Shown here: positions 11,745-25,125 of the stretch, piece after piece
How the letters are laid out: every line of letters starts with the position of its first letter
Position numbering within the stretch: position 1 is the stretch's first letter
Origin: Neophaeotheca triangularis
Taxonomy: Eukaryota
DNA: 64,000 nt
NCBI GenBank assembly: GCA_054600435.1
Contig: BAAIJX010000039.1
Span: forward strand, 124,001-188,000
Reading direction: 5' to 3'
The notes under the pieces: generated by a model
Seen by the model: the letters and a program-made list of their open reading frames with translations, nothing else
What the model was told of the DNA's origin: nothing
Databases searched by the model: none
Position numbers and translations under genes: made by a program

Positions 11745-13157
11745 ATGGCAGAAACCGAAGTGCCAGAAACTCACGTCCTAGCCATAGCTAGCCATGTGGG
11801 TGCTCCCATACCATCTCGAAAGATGCCACGATGGCTATAATGGCTGACACTGCCTAAAGGTCACATCTGGGTAAGCACCATACCGACTGGAAACCAACCA
11901 CGACCATCCCCGAGGACTGACACCTCAATCCAGCTATGTCGGCAACACAATGGCAACATTCGTGATGCAGTCGCTAGGCTGCGAGGTTTCTGCAATCCAC
12001 ACAGTCAACTACAGTGAGCAACACCCCCTCTCCACCACTCCACGAGACCAAGCTCACACCCTCTTTCCCCGAAAGGCAACCACGTGGGCTACGGCACCTT
12101 CAGCGGCCGCAAATCCACCGCCGACGAAATCAGCACCCTCTACGCCGGTCTCAAAACCACCCACCTCGACGACCAAATCTCCATGCTGCTATCCGGCTAC
12201 TCACCCTCCGCGGCCATCGTGACGGAAATCGGCAAAATTGCCCGCGAGCTCAAGACCCGCAACTCCCTGCACCCGGGCCGCTTCTTCTGGGTCCTGGACC
12301 CGGTCATGGGCGACAATGGCCGCGTGTACGTGGATAAAGATAGCGTGCCGGCTTACAAGACGTTGTTGCGGGATGCGGATTTGATTTTGCCGAATCAGTT
12401 TGAGGCCGAGTTGTTGAGTGGAGTGCAGATTAGGGATTTGGGGAGTATGGCCAGAGCCATTGGGGTGTTGCATAAGGAGTTTGGGGTGCCGCATGTTTTG
12501 ATTACGAGCGTGAGGTTGCCGAGCACGGGCACTAGTACGCCTGTCGGTGGGGAGCAGGGGGATTTAGGGCGGGAAGGGAAGCTGACGGTTGTGGGGAGCT
12601 CAGCGACGGAGGACAGGGGGTGTAGATTGTTTAGAGTCACGGTGCCTGCGTTGCCGGTGTTTTTCTCGGGGACAGGGGACATGTTGGCCGCATTGACGGT
12701 TGCGAGGTTCAGGCAGATGGTTATGAAGGCTGGGGTCTTAGACAAGGCGAGTTGGAGGAGTTCGGACGAGGTTGGTGCGACGGAACTGCCGCTTGCTAAG
12801 GCCACTGAAATGGTTTTGGCGAGTATGCACGCTGTGCTCAAAGATACAGCGGCGAGGTATGAAGAGGAGGTGGAGCAGATGAGTCAGGAGCGGAGACGCA
12901 GTGGGAATGAGGGTATTGGAGAGGAGGCAGGCGAGGATAATGAGAGGCAGCGACATATGCGACTGACGAGGGCGGCAGAAGTGAGAGTCGTGAGGAACGT
13001 ACGTCATCTACGCGATCCGCCAGAACTTGAGGATTTCAGAGCCGTGCCTGTGGAGGTCGAGGTGGAAGGTGATATCGCCCATGAACCTGATGAGCTGGGT
13101 GTGATTAAAGCTGGCCCAGGCGGCGAAGGCGCGGTGCACCTGGCAAATACTGATTGA
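11745..13157 (+). CDS. BUD16: Pyridoxal kinase
   Basis: MAETEVPETHVLAIASH|VTSG|YVGN...HTVNYS|NHVGY across three 5' introns. Ribokinase-family motifs VLDPVMGDNG, ILPNQFEAELL and FSGTGDM. Confidence 0.92.
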
Positions 13158-13422
13158 TAGGATGGGGCTACGTTCAGGCATGGCATCAGTAGTAAAAAGT
13201 CGGAGATAGAGCGCCGTATACCCCCTTTCTGGTCCTATGGATATCCCTTTCAATCGCAAACGCCTCTCCACACTTGAAGTCTGTGTTGAAGTCTCGCATG
13301 CATGTCGAGACATTTATCAACTTTCTCCCTGTCTTGTTTCATGGGTAATCGGCCTGTCGGCCGTGCTGGACCGATTTCAGTCGTCAGAGCCTCTGCTTGG
13401 ATTACTCAAGCGACGAAGACCC

Positions 13423-14342
13423 TCACACAGCAGGCCCAGCTGATGCGCCAGGAAGCGTAGAACCAGGCGCACCATTGGCACCAACCAGCGGCGCGCCAAA
13501 TCCACCAGTAGACCCGAAACCACCAGCCCCACGCACAGTCTCAGGCAGCTTGTCCACAACCATGACCTCAGGAGTAACAATCTGTAAAATTCCAAGTCAG
13601 CACCAAACCGAGTATCCCATAACGCCGATCACTGCAACCCAATCCCAAACGCCACCCAACGAAAGTGCAAACTCACCACCTCCAAAATAAGCTGCGCAAT
13701 CCGATCCCCCGCCTGCACCTCAAAAGCCTCATCCGTCAAATTAAACAACAGCACCTTGACCTGGCCCCTATAATCCGCGTCAATCACCCCAGCTCCCACA
13801 TCAATACCATGCTTTACCGCCAATCCACTCCTTGGCGCCACACGGCCATATGTGTTGGGCGGCACGGCAACGGAGATGTCCGTATCGACCAGCGCCCTGT
13901 TCCGAGCGGGTATCGTGGCTGCTTTGGAAGCGTAGATGTCGTGGCCGGCGGCGAAGGTGGAACCGCGCGTGGGTGCTTTGGCGGTCGGGGAGAGGAGCTG
14001 GACTTGGAAGAAGGGGCGGGATCCGCTGCTGCTGCTGCCGAGGTGGGTGGGCATTGAGGGGAGGGTTTGGGCTTGTTGCTGGGGCGCTGGTGCGGTCATG
14101 ATGTTTGCGAGAGGGTCGGCGAGGTTGGCGGTGTCAGGGGTGGGGGTTGGTTGGGCTTCGTTGAGCATGGCTGGGGTGAACGGGTTAGTTTTGATATGTT
14201 TTGCTGTTGGGAATCGGGTTTGGGGGGACGCTTTACAAGCTACCGAGAGGTTGATCGGCTCTTCCTTTTTGATACGCTTAGGATGTGGTGAGCGTGGAGA
14301 GCTGGGCACTTGCTCGGGGGCGGGAGTGGTTTCGTCTGCCAT
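13423..14342 (-). CDS. DUT1: dUTP pyrophosphatase (dUTPase)
   Basis: Motifs [26 protein letters not shown] and GDRIAQL. The last exon, after an intron at ~13582-13676, carries motif 5 [10 protein letters not shown]. Probable extra intron 14171-14236. Confidence 0.95.
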
Positions 14343-14992
14343 TCTTGTGGGTTTGGTGAATGCGATTTTAGTGTAGAGAGGACGGTGCTTGTATTGTCTG
14401 TGCTAGCTAGCTAGGCATGTACTAAAGCGCAATGACGCGAAAGTCGCGCGCTTTCTTGGCAGGGCACAGCAGCCTCACCTCATATCTTCCTTGATCTAAC
14501 ATTGCCGACCTCGTTATCATACTTCAGACATCACCTGACACCCTGTTTTATGCATCGCTTCGTATTTATTAGCCTGGTTTTTGTGTATAAGCTCGTAGAA
14601 CGTCCATCGCCCTATCTTGGGCCGTTTAATCGGCGGCCTAGGATCAATCTACGGTCAGGAAGAGAACCCGAAAATAACGCTAGGCCGACTGTCAAGCTCT
14701 TCAAGTTGATCGATCGCGATGCCAGAATGTGGCCTTTGGCTAAATAGCCGTCCCGTCCTGAACCAGGCATTCCTACGGTCTCGAACCCGCTCATCTCGAG
14801 CCACTTCTCGGCTCTGCGCTCCGCTCCTTTCCACTAGACTTGAAATGTCGGGGGAGGTATTTATTTCACCGTGAAACCGATCACTTGAGCACTACCAAAG
14901 GTACAGTCTCTGTATGCTGAGCATTTCAGGCGCTCTCAACCGTGTGGTAGCCAAATGCAAGAACCGAACATTCAAGCCCTCATTTCGATCCA

Positions 14993-15875
14993 TCATTGCT
15001 CTAGTAAACGTCCGTAATCGTTCAAGTATCTAGATGAAACAGGTCAGTGAGGCTTTGAACGTTGCTCAAGAAGACAGCCATACTGTTGCAAATGCGCCGG
15101 GAGTGTGTAACCAGGCACCGCAGAGGCAGCACGCAGAAGCTGAACAGCCCTTTTGAAATGCGGCTCGCTGGCTCTAGGTCCTGAAACGTTGCCCAATGAC
15201 ATGTACGCTTCTGCTGCCTGTCCTCCAGAGTTAGCTTGACGTGACATACAGCGCCGATATCGTTGCAAAACTCACCGTCACTAGCAGGTCCCCTGACAAC
15301 GCCTTCTGCGCTCCAGCAGTCCTAACAGCACGCTCCAGATACTCACTCGCCGGCTGCACCATCCCCCTGGCCTCGACATAATCCGCGCTACCTGCCCTTC
15401 TCTCCGCCTCCTGCCTGGCCTCTGCAGCCCTTTTCTCCTTGCTCTCCTTCTTACCTCCCGTGCTTGCATTCGATCCAACACTCCCATCTCCCGAGGCATC
15501 GTTCTCACCCTGCTGGATCCTGGCGAGCGCTGGCTGCGCCCTTGCTAACCAAATCTGCCCCAGCCCCTTCAACGCGCCGACGTTCAAAGCATCTCGCTGG
15601 ACGATCAAGAGCCATTGGCGCGAACACCAGGCCGCGATGTCGAGCACGCCGCCGTTGTCCGCGTCGATGAAAGCTAGGCGCTGCAAGGAGGCTATGATCC
15701 AGGTTTGTTCGGCTGTGCGAGTGGTTTGGGACATGAAGGTCGTGGCGTCGAGGTGGGCGGTTATCTGCCGGGCGAGGGGCAGGTAGGAGTGGTAGTCTTG
15801 CGGGGAGGTGGAGAGCATGGTCGTGATGCGGCTGGTTGAGGTCTTGCAGACCGTTATGCGTTGTTCTTCGTTCAT
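14993..15875 (-). CDS. Conserved fungal hypothetical protein, helical/TPR-like
   Basis: The 214-aa ORF splices through two GT-AG introns to AAEAYMSLGNVS...GYTLPAHLQQ|YLNDYGRLLEQ*. GLGQIWLARAQ and SEYLERAV look like helical repeats. Confidence 0.75.
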
Positions 15876-18587
15876 TTCTGGGAAGGTGAGGGGGTTTTGT
15901 GGTTATGAAAGGGGTGATAATCGAAGTGGTATAGCAACGGTGTTTTGGCATGATTGAAGCTCTCGCATATTTAAATAACCGTGGGCTGCAATCACCTGCT
16001 TAAGGATCAAGCGCTCTACACCGCTCAGCGACAGGTGTCGTGGACAGAGTATCTTGATCGTGAATGGCTCAGCGTGATGGCGGGCGGAACGCACGCACCA
16101 CGCCCATAGTGTCGATACCGTGCCATCGAGGGCCGCGTGATGCGCTTCACGGTGTGGCAACGTGTGTCCAGTAGCGACGCTGTCGCTGCAACGCGCTTGA
16201 ACGAGGAACCAGCGAGCAGGATAATGACAAAAGCGAGCTCGATAAAGGGAAAAGAAAAGGAAGTAGAGAAATACGGAGAAGCTGCCCCTTCGAGCCTTCC
16301 AAGCAATACAATCCTACCTTGAAGACGGTGTCGCCGATAGGTTCGATACTCTTGATTCGAACGTTTCTGTTCTCGGTGTCTTCGGTTGCTAATTTGGCGG
16401 GAGCCTCAGAGGCCGTATCAAAAGGCAGAAGTGGTACCTGAGAGCATACCAGCCCTAGCAGATACACTGTCGCCTTAAGGGACCGTGCCTGGGTGAGTCG
16501 TAAGGCTCAGCCTCAAGGGTAGCGGCTCTGCGCATAGTGCTGACCGGGTAGAATGACACCACTCATGGAATGGAAAAGGATCAGAGGTCGATCCCAAGGA
16601 TGATGATTCACGGAAAGCGGAAATAAGCCCTACGAGCGCTGACTGTGTGTTTCTGCCCACTGAGAATCGCCAATTGTGAATGATAGATTTTGTTGACGGC
16701 AAAGGCGCAGCACGACGTCGTATTGAGCCTAGATCACCTGTTGTTCTCTCTCAAACGTATGTTGACGCCTGTTATGCGAGATGAGTCGACGCCGAGATGC
16801 CAATGTGACAGTATCGAAGGCCATGTTGCCCGCTCGCGATCGCATGTCGTCAGCTTCGAGGACCCTGAGGAGCTGAAAGACTGCCTTTGGTACAGGAGAA
16901 GGGCGTGGTATGGGCAACGAGCAGTTTCTTGCTTGCAAATGCGTTTGTTCTCGAGGCTGGAGGAGTTTCTCGCCGCGTGAAAAGCATTTGCAATCGTATG
17001 AAACTTTGCAAGCGGTACGCCAGCTTTGGATGCAAGCAAAGGACAGCCTTGAAATTGTGGTGTTGGTGATTACGGAAGCCGTATTCCCTCTCTCTCAGCC
17101 ACTGACGTCCGGCTCGCATGTAGTGCTCGCTGTCTTCGTTGATCGTGAGGATGATCGTTCAGGATGAGCGACCGAGCCAAGCGACGTTTGCAGGCTGCGT
17201 TGCTTGCGCCGGCCAGGTAGACTCTTCTCCTCCTTAATGTGTCTGTCGTAATAGTAGTAATAGGTAAAAAGACACGGAATCTATTGTCGTCCGTTCTTCC
17301 ACAGGCGCTGCCAGTGCCTCCGTCTGGTCGAGTTCCCCACGATTATCCCCTGAACATAAACGAGGGGAGAATGAGGTAAAGGTCCGGGCGGTGGGGGCAA
17401 TGGGGATGGTTGGGGGCGGGGCGTCCATAGGGTAGGCGGGGCAAGTCCGGGCGGGTTTTCTTGGTCGCCTGCCTTGGCACGCTCACTGACTCGACTCGGT
17501 GAAGTCTCGCCCACCCCTGGGCCTGCAAGCGTCGATACCACCTTGAAAGATATTCTCCTACTCCTAAACCACCTCAACATAGGGAAACACGGAGAGTCTC
17601 ATGACACGGCGAGCTAATAATACAGATATATACATCGCTGTGTCAAGTCGTTTTTGTGGCGGTTGGAGCGCCGTCCATGGATTACTCGGAGCGTTATCGG
17701 CCGATAGTCGTCGAGTGAGGAACTCCGACTTCTCCTCCCCATGAGCGGCGAGCCAAGGTGTCTTCTTCCCACCAGACTGGCAGCACTGGACTTTCTCCGC
17801 CCCGCCCACGTCCTGCCATTGCCAATGTCGATACCAAGGCCGCGTATCTGCCGAATCCAGCGCTCAAATGCAATAACCGTGGTACGAGTACTCCCCGCGC
17901 TCAATAATATGTAGGCTTGCGATGTACCTAATATCGGTACTCGCCTGATATCGGTACTCGACGCGTTCTCCAATGGCGAGGGTTCCTCTCCGCACTCACA
18001 AGGAGCTCGTACACACGTAGTATGGACTACCTACGCAATGCCAGAATGCACTCACGATTTCAAACAAGAAAAGATCTACCAGGCCAGACCTTCTCTCCAC
18101 GCTTCTCCTCCAACTGCAAGCACCCACCATTGCTTTCCCAGGCTTGGTCCATTGGCATCGAGGAAGAATCCCACCTTAAAAACACGCTTGTCGAATCCGC
18201 CGCATATGATTCGGTCCAGACAGCCTGGGCAGCTCGCTTTTTGTCTCGAATATCATGGCATTCAGCCATGGCGCATTGTTGGCGCTGCGCGGCGCTCGTC
18301 TTTCTGAAGCACACTCTACGATCTCTACTCCGCGAGATGTGTCGCGTGAATGGAAGCCACTACCCACGCAAACTCCCCTCACCCCTCATGGGAGTCGCTT
18401 GGCCGTACAACATAGCTTGTGGGGGTACAGGCGATGGGTCGTCAAGTAAGTACTTAAAGGCAATGTCGCCTGCTTCGCTGGAAAGTTGGCGCTTCTCCTA
18501 AGGCCGTTTTCTTTGGTGGTATCAATCCTAGCGCAATTGTTCTTCCAAATTTTGACCTATCAAGCAAGCCCCCTACACACAGGGAAC

Positions 18588-20443
18588 ATGGCGGATGAAA
18601 AGCGATCCCAGGACGGGCAGGTCGCAACAAGCGACCACTCGCAAAACATTGAAAAGGGGCCACCGGCGGATCCAGTCGAAGTGGTACCTCAGAAGGTCCT
18701 CACCGACGATGAGGAAACCAATCGACTATACGCACAGTTCGCGGCGGCAGACGAAGACTGGCACAAGAAATTCGAAAAGAAGCTTATGCGCAAAGTCGAC
18801 CTCAGACTGGTGCCACTGCTGGTTATCATGTACATCAACAACTTCATCGACAGGTCTGCTCTCGGACAAGCACGACTGGGTACCCTCGAGGAAGACCTGG
18901 GAATGGATCCTGATGGCACTCAATTCAACACGGCGATTTCCATTCTCTTCGTTGGCTACCTGACAATGCAACTGCCGTCAAACTTGCTCCTCTCACGCCT
19001 TCGCCCTTCAGTTTACCTTGGCAGCACGATGATGGTCTGGGGAGCTGTCTGTGCTTCAACCGCTGCAGTACAAAACTACGGCAGCTTGCTGGCAGTTCGC
19101 GTCTTCCTTGGTGTGACCGAGGCCCCCTTTTTCCCGGTGAGTCTTTCTCAGGAGAGAACTTTGATACGTTTGCCAGCTGACTAGTGACGCAGGGTGCAAT
19201 CTTTCTCATGTCATCGTGGTACACTCGTACCGAGTTGACAAAACGCATTGCCTGGTTTTACAGTGGTGTCGCCATAGCCAATGCCTTTGGTGGACTCATC
19301 GGAGCCGGTGTACTTGGAAACATGGAGGGTGCAAGCGGTATCGCAGGATGGCGCTGGTATGATCAACCCTGCCAGCTGTAAAGAGATCGTGCTAATGTGT
19401 TGTACAGGATCTTCATCATTAACGGCGTGATTTCCATCTTTTTCGCATTTTGCTGCATATTCATCATCCCGGACTTTCCCAGCTCGACCAAGTGGTTGAC
19501 ACCCGAGCAACGTGCGTATGCATCCTACCGACTGAAGATGGATGCCGAAGAGGAAGACGACCGTCATGCCACCGGCGTTGGCCAGGGACTGCTTATGGCG
19601 CTCAAGGATTGGAGACTTTACGTCTTCGCGCTCATGCTACACGCAAACACCCTCTCCGGCACGTTCCAATACATCTTCCCGTCAATTGTTGGGACTTTGG
19701 GGTACGGGACTATCCAAACCTTGCTGCTGACGGTCCCGGTGTGGTTCCTGGCATGGTTTGTTGCATGTAAGTAGAATTCAACCCAAAAGCGAGAACACCA
19801 CACTGACTCACATCTCTTCAGGTGGCATGACATGGAACGCAGATCGCACAGGAGATCGATCAATCCATATCATCGTTTCGTCCCTGATATCGTGTCTTGG
19901 CAACATCCTTGTAGGATCTTCGTCAAACATTGGTGTACGCTTCTTCGGCATGTTCTTGGTAAGCAACCTCCAACTTTTTCCCGCCCTACAACACCGTAGC
20001 AGTCTTCTAACACGCCCTACAGATGCCCTTGGGGGCTGTCCCCGCATTCCCAATCATGACTGCTTGGATCGCAAACTCCTTTATTCGGCCATTGGTTAAA
20101 CGAGCCAGCGCAATCGCCATCTGCAACGCCTTCGCCAACGCCTCTTCCGCGTATGGTTCTTTCATGTACCCATCCCGTCACGAGCCTCAGTAAGATTCGA
20201 CCCTTCCCACAATAGAAGAAACTCCGTGCGACTATGCTAACGAATACCAGGTACATGCCCGGCAGCATTGGTAACGCTATGGTGTGCATTTGCGCGGCGT
20301 TGCTAGCGTTGGCTCTGCGTTTCATTCACAAGCGCGAGAACAAGAAGTTGGAGGAGAAGGAAGCAGCGGGCATCGCGGACCCGGCAGGTGTTGGTGTTTC
20401 AGGGGCCGACGAGAGAGGGTTTGGCTTCAGATATGTGTACTGA
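18588..20443 (+). CDS. MFS transporter, anion:cation symporter (Dal5/Tna1 allantoate/nicotinate permease) family
   Basis: LMRKVDLRLVP, NFIDRSALGQARL, GYLTMQLPSNLLL, EAPFFPG, SSWYTRTEL and GWRWIFII spread over six exons with canonical introns. Confidence 0.93.
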
Positions 20444-21479
20444 GGAACAGCGTCCGCGAGAGGGGGTGGTGGCTGTTGTCACCCACAAATGCTCGCTCTA
20501 CGACGCAATCATATCGACTGTGGAAGTAATATAGAATCGAGATATCACGTACATCAAATGCATCTCATCAAAGACCACGTGAATCAGCTGGGTCAGCTGA
20601 CCCTTCTTTCACGTTCAATAGTGATCCTGCCTCGACTATCTTCGCTTTTGACTTGGAAAACGTCTTCTGACTGACAGTCTCGACGTAGGACAACGTACTT
20701 GGTATTGTGTCGACCAGCATCGTGCGTCCATGCAGTTAGGCATGAGGCCAGCGCTGGCACTCCCACGCCCTCATTCCCCGCCTGCACATACGCGTGCCTT
20801 TCTGTACGCTGCCATAGCCTTGAAGTAGGAGGTGATGTTAGTCTCCCCCGAGGCCAGCAATCCTCTAGCCACGCTCCAACGAAGCGGCCGGGAGAGGATT
20901 GCCTCACGGAAGTCTGTAGAGTATGCGATTTATCGAAAGCGTCTCCGGCAAGATGACAACGCCATTGACCAAGGGGACTATCGTGGTATCCGCTGTGTGA
21001 TGGAGGTCGGGCAGCTTATTTGTTCGACAATCACAAGGCGATAGGATAGAAGAGGCACGAAGACACGAAGAGGTCATCACTCCATCGTCCTTTCGAACCT
21101 TTCGACGTATCCGGCGCGGCTCGCGGCCGTTAGTAAGCGAGTGCGGGCTTGAAGCGCCCCTGAACCTTACGCGAGCGCGTAGTGTCTTCCGGAGTCTTGG
21201 TTGTTGCCCTCGGTGCCCTGTTGTAATTAATTAGCTGCAACATCATGCCGCCAGCTGTCTCAACTCCCGTCTCATCTCTAGAACAAACACTCGTGTAATA
21301 GTAGGCTCACCAGACTGTAGGTGCTTTTTCCGAAGCTTTTTCCTTCCACTTCTTCGCCACTATCAGAAGGACAGAGCTATCCCTGTTCAAGCAAGCGAGC
21401 GCAGGTCACGACTCGCGTCAAGACATAACATTCATACGGCGGAGGGCAGAGCAGTCATGCTGCCTTTGAAGACGGCATA

Positions 21480-23417
21480 ATGGAGATGATATATCCCGAA
21501 GGTCACCCTTTATCCGCCTATTTCGAAGGTATGTACCCATGCAGCTCCCCGCCGAGGTGTCTGGCGGGCTGCTAACGCGCATCAATAGGAGAAGGGTCTC
21601 TTGAGACAGAGCTAAGACACGATGCATCCTCAAACGAAGACCAAGGCGAAGCCAACATAGACATGCCAACCTCCTTCGCACCTCCGAATGCCATGCCACG
21701 ACAGCCGCGAATACTAGAAAGGTTGCAGCCTATCCAGACTGTGCAGCAAAAGATGCCTACCCAGAGCTCGTGGCGGACACTCCACCATGCTTGGTCAACC
21801 GCAGTCAACTCTCGGATCGGTCGCGCAGACAATGCAAAGTTCATGGAGCATTTTAGGTATATAATAGTGGCCTCGCAGCTGTTGAATGAGTACCTCGACC
21901 AAGGTGTCACGTCACAAGCACCGACTGTGGACCCAGGGAGCTTGGTCGGCAAGACGGAGGAAGCAAATTTGCCTACCAGCTTCTACGGTGCAACCGCGAC
22001 GGCGCTCGTAGCGTTTACTGTGGTCTACATCATCAATTGGGCACGAAGTCGCGATGGAGGAGTTAGTAAGAGCCGGGTTGCTTTGGTACTGGCCGGAGTC
22101 GCGGTGGTCGCGATAGTGGGCTACTCATACATCCGGCGCCAGTGGCTGAAATATCTACGACAGCAGGCAGTGGATGCAGTCTCCACGCTCACTACGAATT
22201 GGCAAGCCTACGAAGTTGCGGGGACGTCCACCTTGGCCTTCATACAAGAGGTGGAGTTGGTATCCAAAGGCTACAGACTTAGCACACCTTTGCCTCCGGC
22301 CTCGCGTATAGAGGACTCCGGGACTGCAAGAAGATGTGGCAGGCTGCGCAAGGCGCTCTACAAGGCTTATGCAGCAGTCATTCCTGCTTGCATAGAAGCA
22401 TGCGATGGACTCGGAGCTCTGATTGATGAGGACGACCTGGAGAAGTACTTCGACATCTACGACATTAGCCCTCAAGACGCCAAAGAGGCATCCGGCTCCG
22501 ACGCCTTGAGCCCACTCGACGACGACCCAGAATCGCTGAAGTCTTTGCGCGTGCTGAGCTACCGCTGCAATGTGCTGCGCAGAGTAATTTTCTGTTCTCT
22601 GATGGCAACCGAAGCTGACGGTGGCAAGCCAGACTTTCAGCGATGGCGAACAGCCACGGACGTGATGGTGTCGCTCGGCCAAGTGACAGCCATTCACGCT
22701 GAGAAGTTGCGCGTCATGCTCGGCGAGATGGAGACTCTCAATGTGCCAAAAACGCCGGTCAAGTCTCCACAGCATGGACCCGGCCGCGAGCGAATACGTA
22801 CCCAGGTGCGCAAAATCGGCGCCCTGTCCTCTGGGATCCGTGGCCTGCAAGCCAAGATGCAAATCCTCCGCGAGGAATCGAGCAGATCCATCGAGCAGAC
22901 TGACGACCTAACAGACTTGGGTCCAAACCTGATGGCGCAGTACGAATCCATCGGCGCTGACCTGCGTGAGTTGATGCAAGCCTGGGAAACCGGCAAAGCC
23001 TCATTAGCAAGCAACATTACAAAACAAGAACGCCGCATCTCCCTAGCCTCAAGCGGTTTGCGCTCCCCAGTCTCTAGTCTCGGAGGCCTGACCGCAGTCG
23101 ACGAAGACGGCACACCCTCTGACGCCCTGAGAGCTCTCAACGGCGGCTCAGACTCAAAGAGCAACCGCTCCAGCCTCGCAACGACCCCTTCCAATGAAGA
23201 TGAGGAAATGGTCTTCGAAGCCATCGCGATTCCAAGACAACGCAGCACGCTCACACGTGAAGAACGCATTTCCAAAATGTACGAGGAGCGCGAACGCCAG
23301 GCTACTGTCCGGGCGAAGAGGGAGTCGAATACTAATATGATGAGGGAGCTGGAGTCGGTTATCAACTGCCGGCCTAGGAAAACTGGCGATCGCAATCCGA
23401 GGATTACTTCCATCTAG
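21480..23417 (+). CDS. vezA: Vezatin-domain protein (VezA-like)
   Basis: Exon 1 21480-21528 (MEMIYPEGHPLSAYFE), intron 21529-21588, then the 584-aa ORF. Motifs NSRIGRADNAKFMEHFRYIIVASQLLNE, two TM helices and FIQEVELVSKGYRLSTPLPP, plus a C-terminal coiled coil. Confidence 0.82.
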
Positions 23418-23991
23418 GTGACTGGGGGGTCTTAATGCTTGATGAGGGATGTTTTGGGATGAGGTTTTGGGGGTGTAATGCATGGCATGGCATGGCATGG
23501 CTTTCGGATGGTGGCTTTTCTCTTTTGTTTTAGGACTGCGGTTCTTCTTGCATTAGCGATTTCTTTGGTGCAAGAGATACCCTGACCCTCGCATGGTGCC
23601 GTTTTCGGGCTGAGGGTCCGTTGTCGGGTTTAGCGAGGCGTTTGTTGGAATCTACCTTATTTTTGAGCTATTTGGGGCACCCTGTGCTAATAAACTGTTT
23701 CAGTTCTAGCTTGAACTCCCTTCCTCCAACTCCCCGTTTCCCCACTGTACATCGTTCTACATCTGAAGAAGGACGACGGGTGTGTGAACAGTAAATCGCT
23801 TAGCAAGGCTTCGGCATTTTGCGTTACTTTCAGCCATAGATCACCGGCTCCGCGCTCAAGAACCGGGGCTGAAAGTCGATATATCTTCTCTGCGTCCTTG
23901 ATAGAAACATGAAAGACACGTCTCGGGATGGCGACCTGAACAACAAGAAAGAGGACATCAACCCGTCAACACTACATGCTACATACTACGA

Positions 23992-24672
23992 TCAGTTCTT
24001 CAAGGCGTCGTGTCCCCAGTTCTTCAGGGATTTATAGCTCTTGCTATTAGTATCCTGCTTAGCCTTTTCCTCCTGCGCCAAATGCCGCTTGCAATACGCG
24101 ACAACTTTACGCATCTATAAGCGGGAAAATCATGGCGTCAGCATCGGGGCGGGCCATTGACACCAAAAGAAAAACCAACCCCCCAGCAGCGAAAAAAAGA
24201 GGCGATGCGGGCCCAGACTCACATGCTGAAGGTCCTCTTCCTCATACTTCCCCGGCTCCTTGTTCGGGTTGCGGGACAGGATATCGATGATCTTGCGACC
24301 ACTGGCGGAGAAGGGGTCGGGTCAGCAAGCGAATGGAGCCAAGAAAGAGAGAGAGTAGTAGTAGTAGTAGTAGTTGCTGCCCCGGGTTTTCTCTCAGTTC
24401 TTATTAGAGAGCTCGGGTACTTGGTAACCTGAGTAGGAGGGTGCTTGCTTACGATTCGTGCCCGACCGTCTCGCCGTCGTCCTTGGCTTGCCCCGAGCCG
24501 GAGGAATCTTCTTGTTGCAGCCAGGTTTCCAGCTCGTCGGCGGTCATGTTTACGATTTCGTTGAATTCTCTGTCGTGCAGGTGGTGAGGACCGTGGATGC
24601 TGGACGGGGTGGGATTGTGATGGGGAGGGGTGGGTGAGCGTACTGGATTACTGTGTCGTTGTCTTTGACCAT
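23992..24672 (-). CDS. DUF3140 family protein
   Basis: Missed by the ORF track; four exons: MVKDNDTVIQ|EFNEIVNMTADELETWLQ...GETVGHES|GRKIIDIL...EEDLQH|MRKVVAYCKRHLAQE...SYKSLKNWGHDALKN*. Confidence 0.88.
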
Positions 24673-25125
24673 TTTGGCGGTGTTGGGGGTTGGTTTGCTG
24701 GATCTTCTCAGGGAAATTGATGTCTTAAAGAATTTACTGTCTTGATTTAGAAGTATCTTGTTTGTTGGAATGTTACTACTCGTTGCTCGGGTTGCTTGAC
24801 AATGGACGTTGGGTGAGTTCGTGGTATGGCATGACATCACGACTGAGGCGCTGGAAGGTTTCCACCATCCGATCCACCGGGACAATGTTAAAGACCTCAC
24901 ATTACCATCGCAAAGGTAGAAGAAGTCTTCGCAATCTGGAAACTTTGAAACTTTTCAAAGAGATTCGTAAGTTATGGCACTGTGCCGTTCTGCCCAAAAG
25001 TGCGCCCCGTTCCCGTCTATCCCCGGCCCAGTTTGCTTCTCACTTTAATTTACAAAGACTCCTGGCAATGCTACCCAGCACCCTCAGGGACCTCTCCCTC
25101 CGCGCGCAAAAACGAGCAGAACTGC

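Noticed and set aside
16000..17200. Protein-like broken ORFs on the - strand; similar at 27060-27850 and 36800-37800
   Set aside because: May be old pseudogenes, but no family could be recognised without a search.
23478..23500. Short microsatellites: (GCATG)n here, (GTA)n ~24355, (CT)n ~43423, (CCTCA)n ~3797
   Set aside because: Ordinary simple repeats.
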